Positions 8,492 to 17,564 of a stretch of 64,000 nt of DNA are shown here, one piece after another (position 1 is the stretch's first letter; each line of letters opens with the position of its first letter). The stretch comes from Candidatus Zixiibacteriota bacterium (lineage in GTDB: Bacteria > Chloroflexota > Limnocylindria > QHBO01): positions 2,309-66,308 of the forward strand of contig DASRYM010000051.1 in the NCBI GenBank assembly GCA_035687145.1. The letters are read 5' to 3'. The notes under the pieces were generated by a model. It made no database searches. It was not told the DNA's origin and was given only the letters and a program-made list of their open reading frames with translations. The translations under genes and the position numbers were made by a program.

Positions 8492-9729
8492 CAGGCGTCT
8501 CCCTTCTCGCCCGCCGCGGCGGGCGCATCGGTCTGGCTCTCGGAAGCCTCCGGCTGGGCTGATGGAGCCGTCGGCTGGGCCGGGGCGATGCCGAGGGCCT
8601 GGGCCGTCGCCTCATGGACCACCTTGCCCTGGTGGGTGATGGTCGCCCCCCTGGTGATCTCGTCGTTGAAGTCCAGCTCCACCGTCCCGTCCTTGAGCAG
8701 GTGCTTGATCAGGGTCTGGATGTTCTTGGCGTACATCTGGGTGGCCGACCCCGGCATGGTGGCCGGCAGGTTGGTGAAGCCGATGATGCAGACCCCGTTG
8801 TCGGTCACGATCTCCTTGCCGGGCTCGGTGAGCTCGCAGTTGCCGCCCATCTCGGCCGCCATGTCCACGATCACGCTGCCGGGCCGCATGGTCTTCACCA
8901 TCTCGGCGGTGACCAGGCGCGGCGCCGGGCGGCCCGGGATGAGGGCGGTGGTGATGATCACGTCCGCCTCGCCCACCCGGCTGGCGATCAGCTCCGCCTG
9001 GCGGCGCTTGTAGTCCTCGCTCATCTCGCGGGCGTAGCCGCCGGCCGTCTCGGCCTGGGCCTTCTCCTCCTCGGTCATCTCGACCTCCAGGAAGGTGCCG
9101 CCCAGGGACTGGACCTGCTCCTTGACGACCGGCCGCACGTCGGTGGCCTCCACCACCGCCCCCAGGCGCCGGGCCGTGCCGACGGCCATCAGCCCGGCCA
9201 CGCCGGCACCGAAGACCAGCACCCGGGCCGGACGGATGGTGCCGGCGGCGGTGGTCAGCAGCGGGAAGAACTTCGGCAGGCGCTCGGCGGCGATCAGCAC
9301 CGCCTTGTAGCCGCCCACCGTGGCCTGGCTGGAGAGGCTGTCCATGGACTGCGCGCGGGTGATGCGCGGGATGGCGTCCATGCTGATGGCGGTCACGCCC
9401 GCCCTGGCCAGCGCCTCGGCGTACTTCGGGTTGGCCAGCACGCCCAGGGTGCCGATGAGCACCGCGCCCGGCTTCAGCATGCGGAGCTCCTCGTCGGTGG
9501 GGCGGCCGACCCGCACCACCATGTCCGCCTGGCCGTACAGCCCGGCCGCATCGGGCACGATGGTGGCCCCGGCGTCCGCGTACTCCTGGTCCGAGATGTA
9601 GGAGGCCTCGCCGGCACCGGCCTGGACGATGACCTCGACCCCGTCGCCGATCAGCTGGCCGGCGGCCTGGGGGGTCAGCGCGACGCGCGTCTCACCGGGC
9701 GCGCTCTCGCGTGGGACAGCAATCTTCAT
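8491..9729 (-). CDS. pntAA: NAD(P) transhydrogenase subunit alpha part 1 (dI, NAD(H)-binding)
   Basis: Starts at MKIAVPRESAPGETRVALTP (ATG 9727-9729). Alanine-dehydrogenase-like fold with VLVFGAGVAGLMA. The 784-aa track ORF's upstream extension is antisense to the ABC ATPase gene. Confidence 0.92.
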   Translation of the reverse strand: MKIAVPRESAPGETRVALTPQAAGQLIGDGVEVIVQAGAGEASYISDQEYADAGATIVPDAAGLYGQADMVVRVGRPTDEELRMLKPGAVLIGTLGVLANPKYAEALARAGVTAISMDAIPRITRAQSMDSLSSQATVGGYKAVLIAAERLPKFFPLLTTAAGTIRPARVLVFGAGVAGLMAVGTARRLGAVVEATDVRPVVKEQVQSLGGTFLEVEMTEEEKAQAETAGGYAREMSEDYKRRQAELIASRVGEADVIITTALIPGRPAPRLVTAEMVKTMRPGSVIVDMAAEMGGNCELTEPGKEIVTDNGVCIIGFTNLPATMPGSATQMYAKNIQTLIKHLLKDGTVELDFNDEITRGATITHQGKVVHEATAQALGIAPAQPTAPSAQPEASESQTDAPAAAGEKGDA

Positions 9730-9921
9730 CAGGTGTTTCCTGCGGGCAAGCACACACGCGTCGAACCGCCGGGCTCGATGCCGCGTGGCGGTTCGGGATT
9801 CGAAGTGTAGCAGAGCGGGCTGAGCGCAACCCCGGAGCGCGACCTGCGACGTCGGTGGGTGCCCGCTACAGTACCGGCTGACCCACGAACGCAGAACCCC
9901 AGGAGCTGTCCCGAGCGTGCC

Positions 9922-10875
9922 ATGAGCCTCGTCGTCGACGGAATCAGCAAGCGGTTCGGCCCCGTCGTCGCGCTGGACGGCGTCAGCTTCACCGTCGAGC
10001 CGCGCCGCATCTTCGGCCTGCTGGGGGCCAACGGCGCGGGCAAGACGACGAGCATGCGGATCGTGCTCGACATCCTGCGGCCGGATGGCGGTCGCGTCAC
10101 CTGGCAGGGAACGCCCAACACCGAGCTGCCGCGCGACACGTGGGGCTACCTTCCCGAGGAGCGCGGCCTCTACCAGCGCATGACGGTGATCGACGTGCTG
10201 CGCTTCTTCGCCGCCCTGTACGGCGTGGACGGCGCGACCGCCACGCGCGAGGTGGACTACTGGCTGGCCCGCTTCCGCATCCCGGACTACCGCGAGCGCA
10301 AGGTCGAGGAGCTGTCGAAGGGCAACCAGCAGAAGATCCAGTTCATCGCGGCCATCATCCACGACCCGGAGGTGCTGATCATGGACGAGCCCTTCAGCGG
10401 CCTGGACCCGGTCAACACCCAGCTCCTGAAAGAGGCCTTCCTGGAGATGCGCGACCGGGGCAAGACCCTGATCTTCAGCACCCACCAGATGGAGCAGGTC
10501 GAGGAGCTGTGCGAGGCGATCTGCATCATCGATCGCGGCCGGGTGGTGGTCCACGGCCCGGTGCGCGACGTCAAGCGGGCCATGGGCCGCCAGGTGGTGC
10601 GGTTCGCCACCGACGGCGATGGGCACGGCGCCGCGTGGCTGGGCACGTTGAAGGAGGTGACCATCGGCGCACAGCGCGCGGATTACGTGGAGCTCAACGT
10701 GCCAGCCGGGACCGACCCGCAGATCATCCTGCGCGCGGCGCTGGAGCGCGGCGAGCGAGTGACCCGCTTCGAGCTGGGTGAGCCGTCGCTGGAGGAGGTC
10801 TTCATCGAGCACGTCGGCCGGCCGGCGGATGAGGATGAGCGTCACCTGGCGCGCGACCAGGTGGCCGGCCGATGA
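9922..10875 (+). CDS. ABC transporter ATP-binding protein (ABC-2 / NatA-YhaQ type)
   Basis: Walker A GANGAGKTT, signature LSKGNQQK, Walker B LIMDEPFSGLD. Start taken at MSLVVDGISKRFG. Confidence 0.9.
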   Translation: MSLVVDGISKRFGPVVALDGVSFTVEPRRIFGLLGANGAGKTTSMRIVLDILRPDGGRVTWQGTPNTELPRDTWGYLPEERGLYQRMTVIDVLRFFAALYGVDGATATREVDYWLARFRIPDYRERKVEELSKGNQQKIQFIAAIIHDPEVLIMDEPFSGLDPVNTQLLKEAFLEMRDRGKTLIFSTHQMEQVEELCEAICIIDRGRVVVHGPVRDVKRAMGRQVVRFATDGDGHGAAWLGTLKEVTIGAQRADYVELNVPAGTDPQIILRAALERGERVTRFELGEPSLEEVFIEHVGRPADEDERHLARDQVAGR

Positions 10876-12146
10876 GGAACCTGTTCCCCAACGCCTGGCA
10901 CGTCGCGCGGCGCGAGTACCTGCAGCGGACCGGTACCCGCACCTTCGTGATCGTCACGATCATCCTCGCCCTGGTGGGCTTCGGGCTGGCCATGCTGCCG
11001 GTGGTGATCCGCCTCATCGAGGGCGACGACGTGACCCGCGTGGCGGTCGACGCCCGAGAGGCGGAGCTTGACCAGGACCCGGTGACCGCGCTGCGCCTGG
11101 TGCTCGACGCCGGCGAGGGCTCGGCGATCGAGGTGGTCGCGGCCGACGATCCCGAGGAGGCGCGCCGACAGGTCCGCCGGGATGAGCTGGACGGCCTGCT
11201 GACCCTGCGGCGCGAGAACGGTGACCTGGCGTTCGAGTACTTCGGCGACGCCGGCCTCACCGACCGGTCGCTGATCGCGGTGCGCACCGCGGCCACCCAG
11301 CTGGCCATCGCCGACCGCCTGCAGCGCGCCGGCGTGGACCCCCAGCAGGCAGGCGAGATCTTCGCGCCCACCGCCTTCCAGGTGGAGCCGGTCGACCCCG
11401 ACGCCACCGACCCGGACGAGCTGTACGGCCAGAACTACGTGATCGCCATGGCCATGGTCATCCTGACCTTCACCGCCATCGTCACCTACGGGACGTGGGT
11501 GGCGACCAGCGTGGCCGAGGAGAAGAGCAGCCGGGTCATGGAGCTGCTGATCACCGCCGCCACGCCGCGGCAGCTGCTGGCCGGCAAGGTGCTGGGCAAT
11601 GGATTCGGCGGGCTCACGCAGTTCGGAGCGGTCCTGGTCGCTGCCCTGCTCGGTTTCCTGGCGCAGGGGACGGTGGCCGAGCGGGTCTTGGGCGACGACG
11701 CGCTGTCGCTGACCGGCATCGACCTGTGGATTTTGATCCCCTTCGGCCTGCTCTTCATCCCCGGCTTCCTGCTGTACTGCACCCTGTACGCCGGCCTCGG
11801 CTCCATGGCCAGCCGCCAGGAGGACGTCAACCAGGTGACCGGGCCGATGCTTTTCATCGGCATGGCCGGCTACTTCGCGGCCTTCATCGGCATCAACACG
11901 CCGGATGCGTCGTGGGTGCAGGTGCTGTCGTGGATCCCCTTCTTCAGTCCCTACCTGCTGCCGGCCCGCACGGTGCTGACCGGCAACGTCGCCCTCTGGG
12001 AGTGGGTGCTGGCCGGGGTGCTGATGCTCATCCTCCTGGCGGTCGCCATCTGGGTCGCGGCCCGCATCTACTCCGCCGGCGTGCTGCTCTACGGCCAGCG
12101 CGGCAGCCTGCGGCAGGTCTGGCGGGCGGTGCGCGTGGACCGATGA
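10872..12146 (+). CDS. ABC-2 family transporter permease (NatB/YhaP-like)
   Basis: 424-aa ORF with one N-terminal TM, a large loop, then about 5 TM. ATGA overlap with the ATPase gene. Confidence 0.8.
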   Translation: MRNLFPNAWHVARREYLQRTGTRTFVIVTIILALVGFGLAMLPVVIRLIEGDDVTRVAVDAREAELDQDPVTALRLVLDAGEGSAIEVVAADDPEEARRQVRRDELDGLLTLRRENGDLAFEYFGDAGLTDRSLIAVRTAATQLAIADRLQRAGVDPQQAGEIFAPTAFQVEPVDPDATDPDELYGQNYVIAMAMVILTFTAIVTYGTWVATSVAEEKSSRVMELLITAATPRQLLAGKVLGNGFGGLTQFGAVLVAALLGFLAQGTVAERVLGDDALSLTGIDLWILIPFGLLFIPGFLLYCTLYAGLGSMASRQEDVNQVTGPMLFIGMAGYFAAFIGINTPDASWVQVLSWIPFFSPYLLPARTVLTGNVALWEWVLAGVLMLILLAVAIWVAARIYSAGVLLYGQRGSLRQVWRAVRVDR

Positions 12147-12691
12147 CGCCCGTCACGCGCTCCGTCCACGGCCGCGTCCTGGAGCTGGTGATCGGCGACA
12201 TCACCGCCCAGCAGGTGGACGCCATCGGGAACGCGGCCAACAGCGCGCTGCGCGGCGGCGGTGGGGTGGACGGCGCCATTCACCGCGCCGCGGGCCCGGA
12301 GCTGCTCGCCGAGCTGCGAGAGCGCTACCCGGACGGCACGCCCACCGGGACCGCGGTGGCCACCTCGGGTCACCGGCTGCCGGCCAAGTGGGTGCTCCAC
12401 GCGGTCGGTCCGGTGTGGCACGGCGGCGGGCGCAACGAGGCGGAGCTGCTGACCGGGGCCTATCGGTCGTGCCTGCGCCTGGCTGATGAGCTCGGCGCGC
12501 GCAGCCTGGCGCTGCCGGCCATCAGCATGGGCATCTACGGCTACCCCGCCGACCAGGGCGCCTGGATCGCGGTCTCCACCGTGGCCGAGCACCTGCGCGG
12601 CGAGACCCGCCTCGAACTGGTGCGCTTCGTCCTGCGCGACGCGACCTGGCAGCCGTTCCTGGCCGCCCTGGAGCAGCGGCTCCCGGCCTAG
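12143..12691 (+). CDS. Macro-domain protein (O-acetyl-ADP-ribose deacetylase / ADP-ribose hydrolase, YmdB-like)
   Basis: GDITAQQVDAIGNAANSALRGGGGVDGAIHRAAG and LALPAISMGIYGYP are macro-domain hallmarks. ATG at 12143 overlaps the permease stop (ATGA). Confidence 0.9.
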   Translation: MTPVTRSVHGRVLELVIGDITAQQVDAIGNAANSALRGGGGVDGAIHRAAGPELLAELRERYPDGTPTGTAVATSGHRLPAKWVLHAVGPVWHGGGRNEAELLTGAYRSCLRLADELGARSLALPAISMGIYGYPADQGAWIAVSTVAEHLRGETRLELVRFVLRDATWQPFLAALEQRLPA

Positions 12692-12699
12692 GCGGTGCC

Positions 12700-15399
12700 C
12701 TACGGACGGACGGCGGGCGTCGTCTCGCGCGCCGCCTCCAGAGCAAGGGCCACGGCATCCTCGGCGGTCAGCCGCTTGCCCTCCGCGTATGCGGCGGCCA
12801 GCGCCGGGTCCTCGACCAGCTTCGCGGGGTAGAACCTGGCGGCTTCCCGGTTGACCTCCGCCAGGCCGATGCCGCTCACGTCCTGGATGGCGGCCGCCGC
12901 ACCCGCCAGGCGCAGGCCGCGCTCGTCGTTGCCGGCCAGCCAGTCGGCGGCGGCGATGGCGTCCAGCACCAGGGCGTAGCCGCTGACGTCGCCGGTGGTG
13001 CGGAAGATGGTGAGCGACTCCTCCAGCGCCGGCCTGGCCTGGTCGAGCCGGCGGAGGCTGATGTAGGCCAGCGCCTTGATGTACAGCGACCAGGCCAGCG
13101 TGAATCGGTCCCCGACCTCGCGGAAGACGGCCTCCGCGCGGTCCAGCAGCGGCAGCCCCTCCTCCACGCGGCCGGCGACCCCCAGGGCGCTGGCCATCCC
13201 CCACAGCACGCGCGCCTCGCCGTGGCGATCGCCCAGGGCGCGGAACAGCCCGGCCGCCTCCTCCCCGCGCTCCAGCGCCCGGGGAACCTCATCGGCCACG
13301 GCGAAGGCCATGCTCTGGTTGTAGGCGGCATCGGCCTCTGCCGCGCCGTCGCCCAGCTCCCGCGCCGCGGCGCGCTGTGCGGCGTACCACTCGCGGGCGT
13401 GCTCCATGTCGCCCTGCCAGTAGGCGATGCCGCCGGCGGCCTCGTGGGCCCGCAGGCGGGTGGCGGCGTCCGCGTTCGACCGTTCCAGCAGGGCCAGCAC
13501 CCGCTCGGCGCGGTCCCGGCCCTCGGGCAGGTAGCCGCGCATCTGCCAGAAGCGCCAGCTGGCCGCGAGCAGCCGCACCGCCAGCTCGGCGTTCCCCTGC
13601 TCCACGGCGAAGGCCATGGCCGCCCGCAGGTTGTCGTGCTCCCGCTCCAGGACGTCCAGGCAGCCCCGCTGGTCGTCGCCGAAGAGGCGTGCGGCGGCCT
13701 CCTCGGCGACCCCCAGGTAGTACTCGGCATGGCGTGCCCGTGTGGCCGCGTGCGGTTCGTTCTCCGCCAGCCGCTCGGCGGCGTACTCGCGGATGGTCTG
13801 CAGCATCCGGAACCGCGGCTCGCCGTCCGCCTGCATGTCCTGGCGGATCAGGCTCTTGTCCAGCAGGGAGGAGAGCGCCTCCAGCGCGTCGGGCGCCGGG
13901 CCTGCGTCCGACGGCCAGCCGGGCAGCGCCACCCGTTCCGCGGCCTCGACGTCGGCGCCTCCGGCGAACGGGCTGAAGCGGGCGAACATGACCCGCTCCC
14001 CGGGCTCGAGCAGGTCGTAGGACCAGGCGATCGCGCCACGCAGCGTCTGCTGCCGCTCCGGAAGGTTGCGCGAGCCGCCGGCCAGCAGCGAGAGCCGGTC
14101 GTCCAGCCGGGCCAGCATGGCCTGCGGGGTCAATAACCGGATGCGCGCGGCCGCCAGCTCGATGGCCAGCGGCAGCCCGTCCAGCCGCGCGCAGATCTCG
14201 GCGATGGCCGCCGCGTTGGACTCGTCCAGCCGGAAGGAGGGCTGCACGGCCGTGGCCCGCTCCACGAAGAGCGCCACCGACTCGTACTCGGCCAGCGCCG
14301 CAGGGTCATCGGGCAGACGCCGCGGGTCCGGCACGTCCATGGGTGGCACCGGGTACTCCTGCTCGCCGTAGACCCGCAGTGGCGAGCGGCTGGTGACCAG
14401 GGCACGGGCCTCGGGAAGGCGCTCCAGGAGCGCTGCCAGGTCCGGCGCGGCATCGAGCACCTGCTCGAAGTTGTCCAGCACGAACAGGACGCGCTGGCCG
14501 GCCAGATGCTCCGCCAGGTGCTCGAGGGCCCGCCCATGGGGATCGGGCAGGCCCATGGCCTGCGCGATGGTGGGCAGCACCAGGCTGGGCTCGTCCAGGG
14601 ATCCCAGCTGCACGAAGTGCACGCCATCGCGGAACTCATCGGTGGCGTTCGCGGCCAACTGCAGGGCGAGCCGCGTCTTTCCCGTGCCGCCCGGCCCGGT
14701 GAGGGTCAGCAGCCGCGCCTGGCGCAGGAGGGCGCCGGCCTCCGCCAGCTCCAGCTCGCGGCCCAGGAACGTGGTGAGCTGGGTGGGCAGGTTGTTGGGC
14801 ACCGCGTTCAGGGTCCGCAGCGACGGGAAGGAGCTGGGCAGGCCGTCGATGACCAGCATCGACAGCCGCTCCGGCCGCGACAGGTCCTTGAGGCGGTGTT
14901 CACCCAGGTCCCGCATTCTCACGCCGTCGGGGAGGGTGCTCTCGACCAGTGCGGCCGTGGGCCCCGAGAGGAGCACCTGCCCGCCGTGCCCGGCGTTGGT
15001 GACCCGTGCCACCCGGTGCAGCTCCAGCCCGACATAGGTGTCGCCGCTCACCCGCGGCTCGCCGGTGTGCAGGCCCATTCGCACCCGGACGGCGGCATCG
15101 GGGGGCCACGGCTCGGCGGCCAGCGCGCGCTGGGCGGCCACCGCCGCGGAGACCGCCTCGGCCGCGCCGCGGAAGACGGCAAAGACCGCGTCCCCCTCGG
15201 TGCCGAAGACCTGGCCCCCCGCCTGCTCCACGGCCTCGCGCAGGATCCGGTCGTGGCGTTCCAGCACCGACGGCCAGGCGTCGTCCAGCGCCTGGGCCAG
15301 GCGCGTCGAGCCCTCGATGTCGGTGAACAGGAACGTGACCGTCCCGGTCGGCAGGGTCACCACGTTGCGCAGTGTCGGCGTCGAGCGGCCAGAGGGCAA
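12700..15399 (-). CDS. Class III nucleotidyl cyclase domain fused to a STAND/NB-ARC-like P-loop NTPase and C-terminal TPR repeats
   Basis: N-terminal GTVTFLFTDIEGST and EGDAVFAVF (metal Asp motifs), then LTLTGPGGTGKTRLA (Walker A) and VLFVLDNFEQ (Walker B), then a long helical-repeat tail. No HTH seen. Start is TTG at 15399, or GTG about 36 nt downstream (uncertain). Confidence 0.85.
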   Translation of the reverse strand: MPSGRSTPTLRNVVTLPTGTVTFLFTDIEGSTRLAQALDDAWPSVLERHDRILREAVEQAGGQVFGTEGDAVFAVFRGAAEAVSAAVAAQRALAAEPWPPDAAVRVRMGLHTGEPRVSGDTYVGLELHRVARVTNAGHGGQVLLSGPTAALVESTLPDGVRMRDLGEHRLKDLSRPERLSMLVIDGLPSSFPSLRTLNAVPNNLPTQLTTFLGRELELAEAGALLRQARLLTLTGPGGTGKTRLALQLAANATDEFRDGVHFVQLGSLDEPSLVLPTIAQAMGLPDPHGRALEHLAEHLAGQRVLFVLDNFEQVLDAAPDLAALLERLPEARALVTSRSPLRVYGEQEYPVPPMDVPDPRRLPDDPAALAEYESVALFVERATAVQPSFRLDESNAAAIAEICARLDGLPLAIELAAARIRLLTPQAMLARLDDRLSLLAGGSRNLPERQQTLRGAIAWSYDLLEPGERVMFARFSPFAGGADVEAAERVALPGWPSDAGPAPDALEALSSLLDKSLIRQDMQADGEPRFRMLQTIREYAAERLAENEPHAATRARHAEYYLGVAEEAAARLFGDDQRGCLDVLEREHDNLRAAMAFAVEQGNAELAVRLLAASWRFWQMRGYLPEGRDRAERVLALLERSNADAATRLRAHEAAGGIAYWQGDMEHAREWYAAQRAAARELGDGAAEADAAYNQSMAFAVADEVPRALERGEEAAGLFRALGDRHGEARVLWGMASALGVAGRVEEGLPLLDRAEAVFREVGDRFTLAWSLYIKALAYISLRRLDQARPALEESLTIFRTTGDVSGYALVLDAIAAADWLAGNDERGLRLAGAAAAIQDVSGIGLAEVNREAARFYPAKLVEDPALAAAYAEGKRLTAEDAVALALEAARETTPAVRP

Positions 15400-15424
15400 G
15401 AGTTCCCGCTACCCTGCCCGGCCA

Positions 15425-16369
15425 GTGACCCCTGAACCGCTCCCCGACTCGGCCCGCGCCCGCGACCCGTGGGCGCCCATCGCCCAACGGCCGGTGCTGC
15501 CGGCCGTACTGGGGGCGCTGTTCATTGCGTTCAGCGGCATCCTGGTGCGCCTGGCCAACGTGGAACCGGCCACTGCCGCCATCTTCCGCTGCCTCTACGC
15601 CCTGCCGCCGCTGGCCCTGCTGGCCCTCCTGGAGCGCCGTGCCTACGGCCCGCGGCCGGCGTCACAGGTCGGCCTGGCCTGGCTGGCGGGCCTCTTCTTC
15701 GCCGTCGACCTCGAGCTCTTCCACCACACCGTGGCCTACGTGGGCGCCGGCCTGGGCACCGTGCTGGGCAACACCCAGGTGATCCTCGTCGGCGTCCTGG
15801 CCTGGCTCCTCTTCGGCGAGCGCATGGATGGGCGAACCATGGCCGCCGTCCCGATCGCCATGCTCGGCGTGGTGCTCATCAGCGGGGTGATCGGGGCGGA
15901 TGCCTACGGAAGCGACCCGCTGCTCGGCGTGATCACCGGCCTGGGCACCGGCCTCGCCTACGCCGGCTTCCTGCTCGTCCTGCGGCGCGGGCACGCCGAC
16001 CTGCGCCGCCCGGCAGGCCCGCTCTTCGACGCCACCCTGTCCGCGACGGTGGGAGGCGTCCTCATCGGCCTTCCGCTGGGGGAGGTCGATCTCGTCCCGA
16101 GCTGGCCGGCGCACGGCTGGCTGGTGCTGCTCGCCCTCTCCGCGCAGTTCGTGGGCTGGCTGCTGATCAGCGTCTCGCTGCCACGCCTGCCCACGGCATT
16201 GACCAGCGTGGTGCTCACCCTGCAGCCGGTGGGCGCCGTGGTGCTGGCATCGGTCCTGGTTGCCGAAGCACCCTCGGCGGTTCAGCTTGCCGGGGCAGCC
16301 TGCATCCTGGCCGGGCTCCTGCTGGCCACAATCCGTCGCCGCCCGACCCCTCCGGCCGAGTTCGGCTGA
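15425..16369 (+). CDS. EamA/DMT-family transporter
   Basis: 10-TM-like sequence with two EamA-type halves. There is no ATG near the N-terminus, so the first in-frame GTG (15425) was taken; the start is uncertain. Confidence 0.7.
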   Translation: MTPEPLPDSARARDPWAPIAQRPVLPAVLGALFIAFSGILVRLANVEPATAAIFRCLYALPPLALLALLERRAYGPRPASQVGLAWLAGLFFAVDLELFHHTVAYVGAGLGTVLGNTQVILVGVLAWLLFGERMDGRTMAAVPIAMLGVVLISGVIGADAYGSDPLLGVITGLGTGLAYAGFLLVLRRGHADLRRPAGPLFDATLSATVGGVLIGLPLGEVDLVPSWPAHGWLVLLALSAQFVGWLLISVSLPRLPTALTSVVLTLQPVGAVVLASVLVAEAPSAVQLAGAACILAGLLLATIRRRPTPPAEFG

Positions 16370-16385
16370 CGCTACCGTTGGACCG

Positions 16386-17564
16386 ATGTCTCCGGACACC
16401 CGCCTCTTCACCGGCCGCGGCCGTCTCCTGACCCCGGAGCCGTACGACGGCGAGCTGCCGTGGGCGATCCACGTGCGCGGCGGATCCGTGAGCTGGGTGG
16501 GGCCGCGGGCCTCCGCCCCGCCGGCCGACGAGGTGGTGGACCTGGGCGAGGCGCTGGTCACGCCGGGCCTGGTGGACGCCCACACCCACCCGGTCTTCGC
16601 CGGCGACCGATCGGACGAGGCGGCCGCTCGCCTGGCGGGTGAGGCGTACTCCGGCGGCGGCATCCTGCGCACGGTGGCCGCCACCCGCGCCGCGAGCGAC
16701 CGGGAACTGCTCGACCTGGCCACCGAGCGGCTGCGCGCTCAGCTGGCGGCCGGCACCACCACGGTGGAGGGCAAGTCCGGCTACGGCCTCTCCCCGGAGG
16801 AGGAGCTGCGCCACCTGCGCATCCTGGGCGAGGCCGCCGCAGGGGCCGGGGTGCGGGTGGTCCGCACCTTCCTCGGGGCCCACGCCAAACCGCCCGACGA
16901 TCCCGACTACGTCGCGCGCGTCGTGGAGGAGATGATCCCCGCCGTGGCCGCTGCCGGTGCGGCCGACTTCTGCGACGTCTTCTGCGACGCCGGCTTCTTC
17001 AGCGTCGGCGAGGCCGAGCGCATCCTGACCGCGGCTGCGTCACGCGGCCTGGGCCTTCGCCTGCACGCCGATCAGCTGCACCGCACCGGCGCCGTCGAGC
17101 TGGCCATCCGGCTGGGAGCCGCCAGCGCCGACCACCTCGAGCAGCTGGACGAGCCGGGGGTCCGCGCCCTGGCGGCGTCGCGGACGGTCGCCACCCTGCT
17201 TCCCGGGCCGGCGGCGGTGATGCGCGATCGCCTGCCGCCGGCGCGAGCCCTGCTGGACGCCGGCGCCACCGTGGCCCTCGCCTCGGACGCCAACGCGGGC
17301 ACCTTCGGCGCCTGGGGCGCCATGCCGCTCGTCATCGGCCTGGGCGCCGTCCTGCTGGGCATGACCGTGGCCGAGGCGCTCAACGCCGCGACGAGAGGCG
17401 GGGCCGCCGCGCTGGGGCTGGCGGGCCGGCGCGGGGTCATCGGCCCGGGGGCCGACGCCGACCTGGTGGCCTGGGACGCCGAGCACGAGGGCGCCTTCGC
17501 GCTCCACCTCGGGCAGGTGCGTCCGGCGACGGTGATGCTCGGCGGCTCTATGCTTGCCGCCTGA
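16386..17564 (+). CDS. hutI: Imidazolonepropionase
   Basis: VDAHTHPVFAGDR, SGGGILRTVAATRAAS and HADQL motifs of the HutI amidohydrolase family. ATG at 16386. No hutH or hutU in the window. Confidence 0.85.
   Translation: MSPDTRLFTGRGRLLTPEPYDGELPWAIHVRGGSVSWVGPRASAPPADEVVDLGEALVTPGLVDAHTHPVFAGDRSDEAAARLAGEAYSGGGILRTVAATRAASDRELLDLATERLRAQLAAGTTTVEGKSGYGLSPEEELRHLRILGEAAAGAGVRVVRTFLGAHAKPPDDPDYVARVVEEMIPAVAAAGAADFCDVFCDAGFFSVGEAERILTAAASRGLGLRLHADQLHRTGAVELAIRLGAASADHLEQLDEPGVRALAASRTVATLLPGPAAVMRDRLPPARALLDAGATVALASDANAGTFGAWGAMPLVIGLGAVLLGMTVAEALNAATRGGAAALGLAGRRGVIGPGADADLVAWDAEHEGAFALHLGQVRPATVMLGGSMLAA

Noticed and set aside
9752-9785. CGAACCGCC...GGCGGTTCG hairpin followed by GGATTCGAA, looking like a tRNA T-arm
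   Set aside because: No acceptor, D or anticodon arms can be drawn around it. It is probably just a hairpin in the pntAA/ABC divergent promoter region.
9730-10845. N-terminal 370-aa extension of the 784-aa minus-strand ORF containing pntAA
   Set aside because: The extension is antisense to the ABC ATPase gene and unlike any PntA. The PntAA homology begins exactly at MKIAVPRE (9729).
12700-15399. Calling the cyclase-STAND-TPR protein an antiphage (Avs/Pycsar-like) defence system
   Set aside because: There is no adjacent effector or other defence genes, and the architecture is common in actinobacterial signalling proteins. I kept it as a cautious finding only.
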